From NCBI GenBank assembly GCA_964480775.1, contig CAYZRF010000005.1, forward strand, positions 1 to 32,000: a DNA stretch of 32,000 bases, read 5' to 3'. The stretch comes from an uncultured Nitrososphaerota archaeon (GTDB lineage Archaea; Korarchaeota; Korarchaeia; Korarchaeales; Korarchaeaceae). Positions 16,692-25,710 of the stretch are shown in pieces; position 1 is the stretch's first letter; the number at the start of each line of letters is the position of its first letter. The notes beneath the pieces are model-generated. The model was not told the DNA's origin and did not search any database. It was given only the letters and a program-made list of their open reading frames with translations. The position numbers and the translations under genes were made by a program.

Positions 16692-19600
16692 ATGCAAAAA
16701 AGCGAGGAATACCTAAGAGAGCTTGATAAAGCTGTTGATACCTTGATAAGTCTAGCTAATGAGGCTAGATCAAAAGGATTCGATGTTGCCCTTCGGGTAG
16801 AAAGCGAGAAGGCTAACACCCTCCCGGAAAGAGTTGTAGCCCTGTTTGGCTACCCAAATATAGGAGAGAGGATTTCATATTGGTTATCCAAGGGGCTAGG
16901 AAAGAGAGAACTTGCGTTCAAGATTGCAGACGAAATTTTATCAGGAGACATGGATCTTGACTTGGAACCTGCAGAGAAAGCAGAGTTGGCAGTTAGGGTA
17001 GGTCTCTCCATTATGACAGGGGCCACTGTTTCAGCTCCTGTTGAAGGGATAAACAAGGTTGTCATCAGGAGAAATCCAGATGATGGATCAAACTATCTTT
17101 CTATATACTTTAACGGACCAATAAGAACAGCCGGCGGGACCGACGGTGCTCTTGTTGTGGTTCTTGCCGATTATCTAAGACAGAAGATGGGATTAGCACC
17201 ATATAAACCGGGACCCAGAGAAGTAGGTAGGTACATTGAGGAGGTCTCGCTCTACAAAAGGGTTCAGCATCTTCAATATAATTCGAGATCTGAGGAAGTA
17301 AGGTACGTTGCAGAGCACCTTCCCGTGGAGATAAATGGTCCTCCAACCGAAAAAATTGAAGTCTCAGCCTATAGAAACTTAAGGACTGTTGAGACAAACA
17401 GGTTGAGAGGGGGCGCAATTCTAGTCCTCAATGACTGTATCCTACAGAAGGCGCCGAAACTTTTGATGGCTATAAGGAAGCTTAGAGCGAAAGGATATGA
17501 CATAAAGGGATGGGACTGGTTGGAGTGGTTCCAAACAAAGTCTGAAGAGGAGCATATGGGAGAGGGCTGTCCTTACATTAGCCCATCTTATAAGTTCCTA
17601 AGGGAGTCTGTAGCGGGAAGACCAGTTTTATCTCATCCCCAAAAACCAGGAGGATTCAGGCTTAGATATGGAAGGTCTAGGATAACTGGTTTAGCTTCAG
17701 TAGGCATACATCCTGCAACAATGTATGTCTTAGATGAATTCCTGGCCGTAGGAACTCAAGTAAGGATAGAGAGGCCAGGAAAGAGCGCTATAGTACTCCC
17801 GGTAGATTCCATAGAAGGACCTATTGTCAGATTAAAAGACGGATCTGTGGTAAGAATAGAAAGCGTTGAATTGGCTAAGAAGTATGCAGAAGATATTGAC
17901 AGAATTCTCTTCTTAGGAGATGTGTTGGTGGCCTTTGGGGAGTTCCTTCAAAATAATCATCCCCTGCTTCCATCTGCATGGGTTGAAGAATGGTGGGAAG
18001 CTCTCATTAGAAAGGCTGCAGAGGAGAAAGGTGAGAAATTACCCAAAAATTTCATCGATAGAGCAGCAAAGGACTTCGATGAAGCTATAAGGCTAAGCCT
18101 CCTCTTTAAAGTTCCACTTCATCCAAGGTGGACTTACTTCTGGCATGATATAACGATCCAACAGCTCTATAAGCTCTTTAATTCCTTAAAGAGTGGAAAA
18201 ATTAACGAAAGCACGATTGAAATAGAACTGGAACATGACATCAAAGAAATACTAGAGACTCTTTGCGTCCCTCACAGAGTTATCGATCATAGGATCATCA
18301 TAGAAAATGGAGATGCGAAGTCCTTGCTGGTTTCTCTAGGAGGTCTTGAGAAAGAAATTGAATGGAATGATAGGGCCAAGTGGGATACAATTTCAGTCTT
18401 AAATGAGCTTTCTCCCGTCAGAATTATGCCTAAAGCACCTTTTTACATAGGTATGAGGCTTGGAAGACCGGAAAAAGCAAAGCCAAGGGTAATGAAGCCC
18501 CCTGTAAACCTGTTATTTCCAATAGGAACACAAAAGGGTAGGAGCAGATCCGCTAGTCAGGCCTACAATGTTAGAAGCATATACGTGGACATAGCTATGA
18601 GGAGATGTCCAGAGTGCGGGAAAGAAACCCCGCAGTACTACTGTAGGTCTTGTAATAGGAGAACAGAGCAGCTCTACTTCTGCCCTAAATGCGGAAGAGA
18701 ACTCCATCAAGGGAGCATCTGTCCAGTTCATAGACTTCCAGCAGTAAGGCATAGGAGGACAAACATAGACTTCAGGGATCTCATTGATGAGGTTTTGGAT
18801 TTCCTCCCAAACTCCGATTCGGTTGATCTCGGGAAGATAAGATGCGTTATAGGACTAACAAACGATGATAAATACCCTGAGCCAGTTGATAAGGGAGTGT
18901 TAAGAAGTAAATACGATTTATACGTGTTCAAAGATGGAACTTGTAGGTTCGACACAACAAATGCTGTAATGACTCATTTCAAGCCCTCTGAGATAGGAGT
19001 TCCTGTTGAGAAGCTGAAAGAGCTAGGCTACACTCATGACATATATGGTCAGCCCATAGAGAGTGATGATCAGCTTCTGGAGCTGAAGATAAATGATATA
19101 ATTATACCTGAAAAGGCAGCAGAGTATCTGTATAGGATTTCTAAGTTTGTTGATGAAGAGTTGGAGTCCTTTTACGGCCTTCCTAAGTATTACAACTTAA
19201 AGGAGCCCAGAGACCTCGTGGGCCACATCGTTTTCACAATTTCCCCACATACCTTCATCGCAAACGTAGCAAGGATAATAGGCTTTACGAAAACATCGGT
19301 GGTATTTGCTCACCCCTTCCTCCATGCTGCAAAGAGGAGAAATGCTGATGGCGATGAAGATTCCATAATTTTGGGTCTAGATATGTTACTCAATTTCTCA
19401 AGGCACTATCTACCCGCAACTCCTGGAGGGAGGGAGGACGCACCACTCCTGATCGTCACAAGAATAGATTTGAACTACATAGATGATGAAAGCTACAACA
19501 TGGAGGTCGTAGACAAATATCCTATAGAATTTTATGAGACAACATATAAGTACGAAAACCCGTCAAAACTTGAAAACTTGATTCAAACTGTTGGAAAACT

Positions 19601-20141
19601 CTTTTCACAGGGAACTCCATATCCAAGGATCTCCTTCACTAAGTTAACGAGCCGAATAGACGAAGGTCCGCTTATGACTATGTACAGAAGATTGGATAAG
19701 ATGACCGATAAGTTGGAGAAGCACATTCAGTTAGAGATCAAGATAAGGGCTGTAGATCCTGAAGATTCAATAGCTAGGGCAATAACCTCCCATTTCCTTA
19801 GAGATGTCTCCGGAAACCTCAGGAAATTTTCAATGCAAGGCTTCAGGTGCTCCTCATGTAACGCCAAGTACAGAAGGCCTCCTCTATCTGGAAGATGTGA
19901 GAAGTGCGGAGGCAACCTTGTACTTACCATGTATCCAAAGTCTGCGGTCAAGTACATACAACCAGCACTAAAAACTCTCGAAACACATAACTTAATGGGA
20001 TATGTGCATCAAAGGCTGAGACTTCTTCAGGAAGAAGCTAGATCAATGTTCATCTTCTTAAAAGAAGGCGAGAAGCTTGGAGAGGAGATGCTTGAGGAGG
20101 TCGAACCGGTAAAACGCCAGAAACTGGTGGACTTTTTATGA
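16692..20141 (+). CDS. polC: DNA polymerase D (PolD) large subunit DP2
   Basis: 1149-aa ORF with the catalytic-centre motif KRRNADGDEDSIIL and internal Zn fingers (CPECG...CRSCN, CPKCG...CPVH). A C-terminal Zn finger CSSCNAKYRRPPLSGRCEKCGG is also present. The length leaves no room for an intein. Confidence 0.93.
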   Translation: MQKSEEYLRELDKAVDTLISLANEARSKGFDVALRVESEKANTLPERVVALFGYPNIGERISYWLSKGLGKRELAFKIADEILSGDMDLDLEPAEKAELAVRVGLSIMTGATVSAPVEGINKVVIRRNPDDGSNYLSIYFNGPIRTAGGTDGALVVVLADYLRQKMGLAPYKPGPREVGRYIEEVSLYKRVQHLQYNSRSEEVRYVAEHLPVEINGPPTEKIEVSAYRNLRTVETNRLRGGAILVLNDCILQKAPKLLMAIRKLRAKGYDIKGWDWLEWFQTKSEEEHMGEGCPYISPSYKFLRESVAGRPVLSHPQKPGGFRLRYGRSRITGLASVGIHPATMYVLDEFLAVGTQVRIERPGKSAIVLPVDSIEGPIVRLKDGSVVRIESVELAKKYAEDIDRILFLGDVLVAFGEFLQNNHPLLPSAWVEEWWEALIRKAAEEKGEKLPKNFIDRAAKDFDEAIRLSLLFKVPLHPRWTYFWHDITIQQLYKLFNSLKSGKINESTIEIELEHDIKEILETLCVPHRVIDHRIIIENGDAKSLLVSLGGLEKEIEWNDRAKWDTISVLNELSPVRIMPKAPFYIGMRLGRPEKAKPRVMKPPVNLLFPIGTQKGRSRSASQAYNVRSIYVDIAMRRCPECGKETPQYYCRSCNRRTEQLYFCPKCGRELHQGSICPVHRLPAVRHRRTNIDFRDLIDEVLDFLPNSDSVDLGKIRCVIGLTNDDKYPEPVDKGVLRSKYDLYVFKDGTCRFDTTNAVMTHFKPSEIGVPVEKLKELGYTHDIYGQPIESDDQLLELKINDIIIPEKAAEYLYRISKFVDEELESFYGLPKYYNLKEPRDLVGHIVFTISPHTFIANVARIIGFTKTSVVFAHPFLHAAKRRNADGDEDSIILGLDMLLNFSRHYLPATPGGREDAPLLIVTRIDLNYIDDESYNMEVVDKYPIEFYETTYKYENPSKLENLIQTVGKLFSQGTPYPRISFTKLTSRIDEGPLMTMYRRLDKMTDKLEKHIQLEIKIRAVDPEDSIARAITSHFLRDVSGNLRKFSMQGFRCSSCNAKYRRPPLSGRCEKCGGNLVLTMYPKSAVKYIQPALKTLETHNLMGYVHQRLRLLQEEARSMFIFLKEGEKLGEEMLEEVEPVKRQKLVDFL

Positions 20142-20150
20142 GGGATTTAT

Positions 20151-20489
20151 ATGAAGATAACGAGAATAGCTAACATAAAGGAGAGCGGGGTAAACATCTG
20201 TATAGCTGGTGTTGTGATACACGCCGCGGAGAACTTCTTAGTGGTGGAAGATGGAAGTGGGAAGGCAAAGGTTTACTACAGCGAAGTAAGACCCTTTGAT
20301 CTCTCTTCAGTAATTTTAGTTGTTGGAAATGTCCTTTCAGGAGAGGGAGAACTTAAGGAGGTACAAGCAAACGCAATTGCAGATCTAAGTGGTATAGATT
20401 TAAGGCTATTGAGGAAGACAATTGAGCTTGAAGAGGAGTTGGAAAGATTGGAGGATAGGTTGGAGAGGGGAATGAAGGATGCCAGCTAG
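20151..20489 (+). CDS. Small OB-fold-like protein with a charged C-terminal helix (function unknown)
   Basis: 112-aa ORF translationally coupled to polC (GAGG 8 nt upstream) and overlapping the PCNA start. The pattern ICIAGVVI...FLVVEDGSGKAKVYY...VILVVGNV resembles tRNA-anticodon/RPA-type OB folds. The tail ELEEELERLEDRLERG is helical and charged. The fold call is pattern recognition only. Confidence 0.4.
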   Translation: MKITRIANIKESGVNICIAGVVIHAAENFLVVEDGSGKAKVYYSEVRPFDLSSVILVVGNVLSGEGELKEVQANAIADLSGIDLRLLRKTIELEEELERLEDRLERGMKDAS

Positions 20490-21228
20490 GTTAATGATAG
20501 ACGAGACTAAGACGTTTACGGGCTCCATGAGTGCTGTGGAGCTTCTTGTAGAAGAAGCAACTATAAAAATTGATCCAGAGGCAGGACTTAGCCTGTCGGC
20601 GCTGGAGCCAGCAAAAACAGCAATGGTTCAAGTAATACTTCCAAAGCCGTTCTTCACAGAGTTCGAAGTAGATCAAGAAAAATACGTTGGAATAAACTTT
20701 ACAGAGTTAATAAAGGTCCTAAAAAGAGCTAAATCGACAGAAACAGTAGCACTCATACTTGACGATAATAACATAACCGTTGAGATAAAGGGAAAATATA
20801 CTAGAAAGTTTATCCTTCCCTTGCTTGCCGGAGAACCATTTAAAATGAGGGAATTGAAGGTAGATTTTAAGGCTGGGGCAAGAATAGAATGTAAGGGCTT
20901 TCCTTCAATGATAAAAGATCTTGAGCTAGTTGGGAATGAGGTAGAGATAGAGATAAGCACGGAGGCTCTTAAGCTTAAGACCTCAGGTAGAGGAACTGAA
21001 AGCGTCATAGAGATATCAAGGGATGATCCAATCTTGTTGGACATTTGGGCAGACGAAACCTCAAAGAGCATCTACAGCTTAGCATATCTAGAAAGGATGG
21101 CGAAACCAGCATCAATAGCCCAAGATATGAGTATAGAGATCTCAACAAACACACCAATGAGGATGCGTTACTCTCTAGGTTTTGAGGGGGCTAACATAAC
21201 ATATTACTTAGCCCATCTTTCAGTTTAA
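20479..21228 (+). CDS. pcn: DNA polymerase sliding clamp (PCNA)
   Basis: 249-aa ORF of typical PCNA length and layout (AMVQVILPKPFFTEFEVDQEKYVGINFTELIKVLKRAK...RKFILPLL...YSLAYLERMAK). Confidence 0.88.
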   Translation: MPARLMIDETKTFTGSMSAVELLVEEATIKIDPEAGLSLSALEPAKTAMVQVILPKPFFTEFEVDQEKYVGINFTELIKVLKRAKSTETVALILDDNNITVEIKGKYTRKFILPLLAGEPFKMRELKVDFKAGARIECKGFPSMIKDLELVGNEVEIEISTEALKLKTSGRGTESVIEISRDDPILLDIWADETSKSIYSLAYLERMAKPASIAQDMSIEISTNTPMRMRYSLGFEGANITYYLAHLSV

Positions 21229-21234
21229 GGGAGC

Positions 21235-22185
21235 ATGGACATCTCCAAATATCCCTTCTCCAAAGAAGCCGCTGAACTTGTGCAGGAAGAAGGATATAAT
21301 ATTGAAGATTTAGCCTATCACCCAGATCTTATAAGAGCGAGAAATAGGGCATTAAAAAGGCTCTTTTCATCAATAGAAGGAAAAATAGATCTTACTGTGG
21401 ATGAAATCAGGCCTATGAATGACGTTTATTCCTTCATAATTTCGAGAATTATAGTGGAAAGAATAGGAGACAGATTTCTCAGGAATAGGTTTGCAGAACA
21501 CGAAGCCAAACGATTTTTAAAACTTTCAGAAGGCGAATTGTTGCAAAACCTTGTGAAGTTAGCTGAGGATAGTTTTGAGATCAGTGCAAGAATGTTAGAC
21601 GGGAGATCTATAGCTTTACTTTATGATAAATACCTAGAACTTTCAAGGGGATTGGGAGGAGAAAAATGGCGTTTAGTTAACAGAGATATTAGGAAAGGCG
21701 AAGTAATAGTTTCTGAAAAGGATTTCAGAAGGTTGTTAGCGGAGGCAATAAGAATAAAGATACTTACACCATCAGAAATAAAGGGAGAACTACCTAAACC
21801 GTTGGAGGATCTTGCATCGGAGATCTGTAAGGCATTAGAAGCTAAAAAAGAATCTCTTCCCAAGAAAAGAATAGTTGGCCAGCTTGCACCATGTATGAAA
21901 GAACTTCTAAGAAAGGCTTCTGAGGGCGAAAATCTACCCCACGCAGCTAGATTTGCTTTAGCAGCCTATTTGCTCAAAATTGGTTGGGAAGAAAGCAAAG
22001 TAGTAGACATTTTTAGGTCAATCCCTGACTTCAAAGAGAAAGTGGCTGTTTATCAGGTGGAACAGATTGCTAAAAGAGGATACCTACCACCAAGCTGTTC
22101 AAAACTGAAGTCCATAGGAATCTGTGTCGAAGAATGTGGAATAAACAACCCCATTAGTTACGGAAGGAGGAAGAGGAAAGAATGA
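21235..22185 (+). CDS. priL: DNA primase large (regulatory) subunit PriL
   Basis: 316-aa ORF with LAPCMKELLRKASEGENLPHAARFALAAYLLKIGW and a Cys cluster (PPSCSKLKSIGICVEEC), typical of the PriL Fe-S domain. It overlaps the priS start by 4 nt. Confidence 0.83.
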   Translation: MDISKYPFSKEAAELVQEEGYNIEDLAYHPDLIRARNRALKRLFSSIEGKIDLTVDEIRPMNDVYSFIISRIIVERIGDRFLRNRFAEHEAKRFLKLSEGELLQNLVKLAEDSFEISARMLDGRSIALLYDKYLELSRGLGGEKWRLVNRDIRKGEVIVSEKDFRRLLAEAIRIKILTPSEIKGELPKPLEDLASEICKALEAKKESLPKKRIVGQLAPCMKELLRKASEGENLPHAARFALAAYLLKIGWEESKVVDIFRSIPDFKEKVAVYQVEQIAKRGYLPPSCSKLKSIGICVEECGINNPISYGRRKRKE

Positions 22186-23378
22186 GTTTAGAGCCAATAA
22201 GAGAAGCATTTAGAAGGTATTACAAGAGCCATTCCTCCTTGTTATTCGTACCTGAAATTGAACGAAGGGAGTTTATGTTCATTGATTTCCAAGGTACTGT
22301 AAAGAGGCACACGACAATCAGGAACATTGACGAGCTGAGGTTTAAGCTCGAAAATGAGGCACCACAACACTCTTATTATTCTGTAGCCCTTTATGAAAAC
22401 CCAGAAGCCAAAGATATGGGTTCAAAAGGGCTTATATCAGCAGAACTTCTATTTGATATAGACGCAGACCTCCTTGAAGTCTCATGCAGAAAGGAGCACG
22501 ATCATTGGAGATGTGAAAGTTGTGGAACTAGGGGAACTTGGCCCGTTCCAGATAAGTGCCCTGAGTGTGGATCAAAAAGGATCAAGAGTTTCAAGTGGAT
22601 TTGTCCAATTTGTCTCGATGCTGCAAAGAAAGAGGCTTTCAAGTTACTGGATCTTCTCTCGTCAGATCTCGGTATAAAGCAAGAGAGCACGCTGGTAGCA
22701 TATACGGGAAACAGAGGATATCACATTAGAGTCAGAGATGAAAGAGCTATGCGTCTCGATAAGATGGCTAGAAGAGAGGTTGCGGACCTTCTGTCGGGCT
22801 TTGGTATGGACCCTTTTACACTTATAGAGTCAAAAGAAGGCATTTCTCTTACCACTGTTGATGAAGGTGGATGGAGGGGAAGATTCTCTCGTTTGCTTCT
22901 CTCTGTTATAGAGGGAAACCCTCCGACCTGGGTAGATGAAAGAACAGCAAGCTACATTAAATCCATTCCTAGACTTAAGGAGGCAATACTGGAGGGAAAA
23001 AGGCTCTTTGGTATAGGTTCAAAAGCGGTTAGAATGCTAAGAGAATTAGCTAAAAAAATGAGCGACGAATTAGGGGTTAAAATCGATGCTGAGGTGACCT
23101 CTGATCCTCACAGATTCACTAGAATACCAAACAGCCTTCATGGAAAAAGCGGCCTCAGAGCAGTAACATTAACGCCCCCCGAGCTAGAATTTTTCGATCC
23201 CATGGCAATGGCGATTGGATTAAAAGGAGGAGAGCTTAAGATAAAAATTGTGGAGCCTGTTCCTGAATTTGAATTAGGAGGAAACAAGTTTGGTCCATAT
23301 GATGAAGGTTCTAAGATCAGATTACCTATTGAAGCCGCAGCTTTTATTGTTCTTAAGGCTAGAGGGGTACTGATTTGA
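22182..23378 (+). CDS. priS: DNA primase small (catalytic) subunit PriS
   Basis: 398-aa ORF with the catalytic LLFDIDAD and YTGNRGYHIRV motifs and FTRIPNSLHGKSGL. A Zn-binding insertion (CESCG...CPECG) is present. Confidence 0.9.
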   Translation: MSLEPIREAFRRYYKSHSSLLFVPEIERREFMFIDFQGTVKRHTTIRNIDELRFKLENEAPQHSYYSVALYENPEAKDMGSKGLISAELLFDIDADLLEVSCRKEHDHWRCESCGTRGTWPVPDKCPECGSKRIKSFKWICPICLDAAKKEAFKLLDLLSSDLGIKQESTLVAYTGNRGYHIRVRDERAMRLDKMARREVADLLSGFGMDPFTLIESKEGISLTTVDEGGWRGRFSRLLLSVIEGNPPTWVDERTASYIKSIPRLKEAILEGKRLFGIGSKAVRMLRELAKKMSDELGVKIDAEVTSDPHRFTRIPNSLHGKSGLRAVTLTPPELEFFDPMAMAIGLKGGELKIKIVEPVPEFELGGNKFGPYDEGSKIRLPIEAAAFIVLKARGVLI

Positions 23379-23923
23379 GTGAGGAATCGGTGTATGAAAA
23401 GTTAGAGAAAGCATGGCTTAGGGAAAGGGCAAGCGACGAACTTCAATCCTTAGACCCTAATTTCTACGAAGAGGTTAGGGAGTGGATAGAGGGGCTGAGG
23501 AAGGAGGCCATGAACTCAAATGCCATCATAAAAACCGTCCTTGAAAAACAGGCAGAGATATGCAACACTCTGCTTGACTCCTTGCTAAAAATGAGGGCTG
23601 TAAAGGTAGCTGCTTTGCTAGTTTCGGAAAGAGTTCCAGAAAATGTAGAAGAAGAGCTTAAATTCTTAAAGTCGGTTCTTGGAGTAAAGGAATTAGAAAA
23701 GGAAATCTCGAAGGTTGAGAAAAGGGAAGAGATTAGAGGCATTCCACTGGTTTTGGTAACTTTTAAAAGCCAAGTCCCCGCTTTTGTGGGAGTAGATCTA
23801 GCAGTATACGGGCCCTTCTCCGAAGGGGATGTTGCCCACATACCCGAGGAGAATGCAAGGATTCTAGTAAGGAGAGGGCTCGCGGAGGTGTTGTCTGAGA
23901 ATGAAAGTGCCAAGCGTGATTAG
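23375..23923 (+). CDS. GINS subunit (Gins51/Gins15-like)
   Basis: 182-aa ORF overlapping the priS stop. It has an N-terminal helical A-domain (LQSLDPNFYEEVREWIEGL) and a C-terminal small B-domain (GPFSEGDVAHIPEENARILVRRGLAEVL). Its position after priS matches the known archaeal PCNA-PriS-GINS association. Confidence 0.7.
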   Translation: MSEESVYEKLEKAWLRERASDELQSLDPNFYEEVREWIEGLRKEAMNSNAIIKTVLEKQAEICNTLLDSLLKMRAVKVAALLVSERVPENVEEELKFLKSVLGVKELEKEISKVEKREEIRGIPLVLVTFKSQVPAFVGVDLAVYGPFSEGDVAHIPEENARILVRRGLAEVLSENESAKRD

Positions 23924-24179
23924 AACATACTGCCCAAGGTGCAGGAAGCATACAGAACACAAAGTCAGCTTGTATAAGGCAGGAAGGCCGAGGAAACTTT
24001 CTTGGGGCATCAGACAGCTTGAGAGAAAAAGAAAAGGTTATGGGGGCGAGCCGAGAGGTAAGTTAAGGAGAAAGGCGAAGACAAAGAAGAAGATAGTACT
24101 AGTGCTCGAATGCAAAATATGCCAGAGGAAGAGCCTTAGAAGCCTAGGAAGGATGCTTAGGGTCGAAATCCAGAGGTGA
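23901..24179 (+). CDS. rpl44e: Ribosomal protein eL42 (L44e)
   Basis: MKVPSVIRTYCPRCRKHTEHKV...LECKICQRK is the L44e Zn-ribbon signature. It overlaps the GINS 3' end by 23 nt. Confidence 0.9.
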   Translation: MKVPSVIRTYCPRCRKHTEHKVSLYKAGRPRKLSWGIRQLERKRKGYGGEPRGKLRRKAKTKKKIVLVLECKICQRKSLRSLGRMLRVEIQR

Positions 24180-24184
24180 TTTGA

Positions 24185-24373
24185 ATGGTTAGAAAGTCCC
24201 AAACTTTTTTCGTGAGGGTCAGATGTCCAAGTTGCGGAAACGAGCAAGTAATTTATTCCCATGCCTCCAGGGTCATAAAGTGCCTGATATGTGACGAACC
24301 CCTTGCTGAGCCCAGGGGAGGAAAGGCCAAAATCCTTGCCCCAGTAATGGCTATCTACGGAAAGGAAGAGTGA
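24185..24373 (+). CDS. rps27e: Ribosomal protein eS27 (S27e)
   Basis: FFVRVRCPSCGNEQVIYSHASRVIKCLICDEPLAEPRGGKAKI is the S27e zinc-ribbon signature. Confidence 0.9.
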   Translation: MVRKSQTFFVRVRCPSCGNEQVIYSHASRVIKCLICDEPLAEPRGGKAKILAPVMAIYGKEE

Positions 24374-24378
24374 GACAA

Positions 24379-25203
24379 ATGTCTAGGAGACCTTTCCCTA
24401 CTGTTGGAGAGCTTGTCATAGGGGTAGTTAGAACAATAGAGGAGCACGGAGTAATAGTTGAGCTTGAGGAATATGGAAAGATAGAGGCATATGTCCCTAG
24501 ATCTCATATCGCATCTGGGAGGGTTAGGGACATAAGGGACTTCGTTAAGGAAGGAGAAAGAGTAGTAGGAAGAGTAATAAGGGCAGACAGAGGGAAAGGT
24601 CTGGTAGACATATCGCTAAGGTATGTTTCAAAGGATCAAGCTAGGAAAAAGTTGGCTGCTTGGAAAGAGAAAAGGCGTGTGATTTCTCTGATAAAAATGA
24701 CTGCAGAACGTTTGGGCATTGAGGATCCGAAAAGAACTGCAACGAATGTGTGGAACAAACTCTCTAGATATTATGATAGTCCCATGGAAGCTTTGATAGA
24801 GGCCATGAGAACGGGTGCAGAAGTTCTTAAGAAGGCAGGATTGGATGACAAGTTCGCTCAAGCACTTTTAGAGGAAGCTAAGGCCCACATAACAACCCCC
24901 ATTTACATGAAGGTCATTGGATTGAAACTTATCTCATTTGCTCCCAACGGGGTGGAGGTAATAAGAAAGGCCCTTATTAAAGGGATAGAATCTATTTCTC
25001 CTGAAGACGGACTAAATGTGGAGATATATACCGTTGGTTCTCCAAAGTATGTGGTGAGAATCCAGTCCTCAGATCCCAAAGCTGTGAGAAAGGCATCTAG
25101 TACCATCGTTGAAACAATACTCAAGTCCATAAAAGAAGAGGGAGGTATGGGTGAGGTAGCTTGGGAGAAAAGTTACAAGAAAAGAACGTCCCCAGAGAGT
25201 TAA
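24379..25203 (+). CDS. eif2a: Translation initiation factor aIF2 alpha subunit
   Basis: N-terminal S1 domain (PTVGELVIGVVRTIEEHGVIVELEEYGKIEAYVPRSHIASGRVRDIRDFVKEG) followed by helical and alpha/beta domains. The ATG at 24379 is preferred over the track GTG at 24370. Confidence 0.88.
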   Translation: MSRRPFPTVGELVIGVVRTIEEHGVIVELEEYGKIEAYVPRSHIASGRVRDIRDFVKEGERVVGRVIRADRGKGLVDISLRYVSKDQARKKLAAWKEKRRVISLIKMTAERLGIEDPKRTATNVWNKLSRYYDSPMEALIEAMRTGAEVLKKAGLDDKFAQALLEEAKAHITTPIYMKVIGLKLISFAPNGVEVIRKALIKGIESISPEDGLNVEIYTVGSPKYVVRIQSSDPKAVRKASSTIVETILKSIKEEGGMGEVAWEKSYKKRTSPES

Positions 25204-25319
25204 TGAGAAAATGCCCTACATGCCAGAGATATACTTTTTCAGAGAAATGTCCGGAGTGCGGTGAGAAGACTAGGAGCCCACACCCACCGAAGTACATCTC
25301 AATTAGAAAATTGAGTTAG
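25203..25319 (+). CDS. nop10: Nop10-like H/ACA RNP zinc-ribbon protein (short form, 38 aa)
   Basis: Hand translation gives MRKCPTCQRYTFSEKCPECGEKTRSPHPPKYISIRKLS, then TAG. The start overlaps the aIF2-alpha stop (TAATG). This is the Nop10 zinc ribbon plus the PP(K/R)(F/Y) motif, in the conserved position after aIF2-alpha. The usual C-terminal helix is missing. Confidence 0.62.
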   Translation: MRKCPTCQRYTFSEKCPECGEKTRSPHPPKYISIRKLS

Positions 25320-25321
25320 AC

Positions 25322-25327
25322 TTTTTT
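25322..25327 (+). terminator. Oligo-T tract after nop10 (end of the replication/translation operon)
   Basis: TTTTTT starts 3 nt after the nop10 TAG. A second T6 tract lies at 25375-25380. Confidence 0.5.
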
Positions 25328-25646
25328 CGTAAGGCAATAGGAGTGCTGGATGTAATAAAAGGAGCAAGTTATTCTTTTTTGTTGAGTTCATAAGCCACAG
25401 GGCTAAGAGAAATGCAAGGTATTTTCTTTGGAAATAGACGAAATTATGTTACGCAATTGTTGAATACTAGCATGACACCTTCTTGTGCATAGAGATCTTC
25501 ATTCTCCCCCAACATTAGTCACACAAACTTTTTGATTGAAATATTGTAGAAAGCTCTTCTTATAGCTGGTTAAAATCTGTCTCAGCTTGTAATAGCATGT
25601 ATTCGACACCTGTACGAGAACTTTTCATAATACTCTATAGAAAGTG

Positions 25647-25673
25647 TTTTGCAACGTTTCGCAACATTTTCAC
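25647..25673 (+). promoter_or_regulatory. Tandem 9-10-nt motif upstream of the S-layer TATA box
   Basis: TTTTGCAAC / GTTTCGCAAC / ATTTTCAC: three imperfect direct repeats ending 9 nt before the TATA candidate. This is a candidate transcription-factor site. Confidence 0.3.
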
Positions 25674-25681
25674 ATGGAATG

Positions 25682-25689
25682 TTTAAGTA
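25682..25689 (+). promoter_or_regulatory. TATA box candidate of the putative S-layer gene
   Basis: TTTAAGTA; a start site ~26 nt downstream falls at about 25711, exactly where a stable stem-loop begins. This gives a ~47-nt 5' UTR with an SD-like GAGTGAT (25745-25751) 6 nt before the ATG at 25758. Confidence 0.5.
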
Positions 25690-25710
25690 TTGTTCAGGCA
25701 AGTTGACTAC

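Noticed and set aside
7927-20141. Inteins or large insertions in rpoA, rpoB or polC.
   Set aside because: The protein lengths are close to canonical. The catalytic motifs are contiguous with no Cys/Ser...His-Asn splice-junction blocks evident.
25421-25501. Short ORFs in the long intergenic region, for example MQGIFFGNRRNYVTQLLNTSMTPSCA.
   Set aside because: The example is 26 codons with no SD or TATA geometry and no recognisable family, so it cannot be supported from sequence alone.
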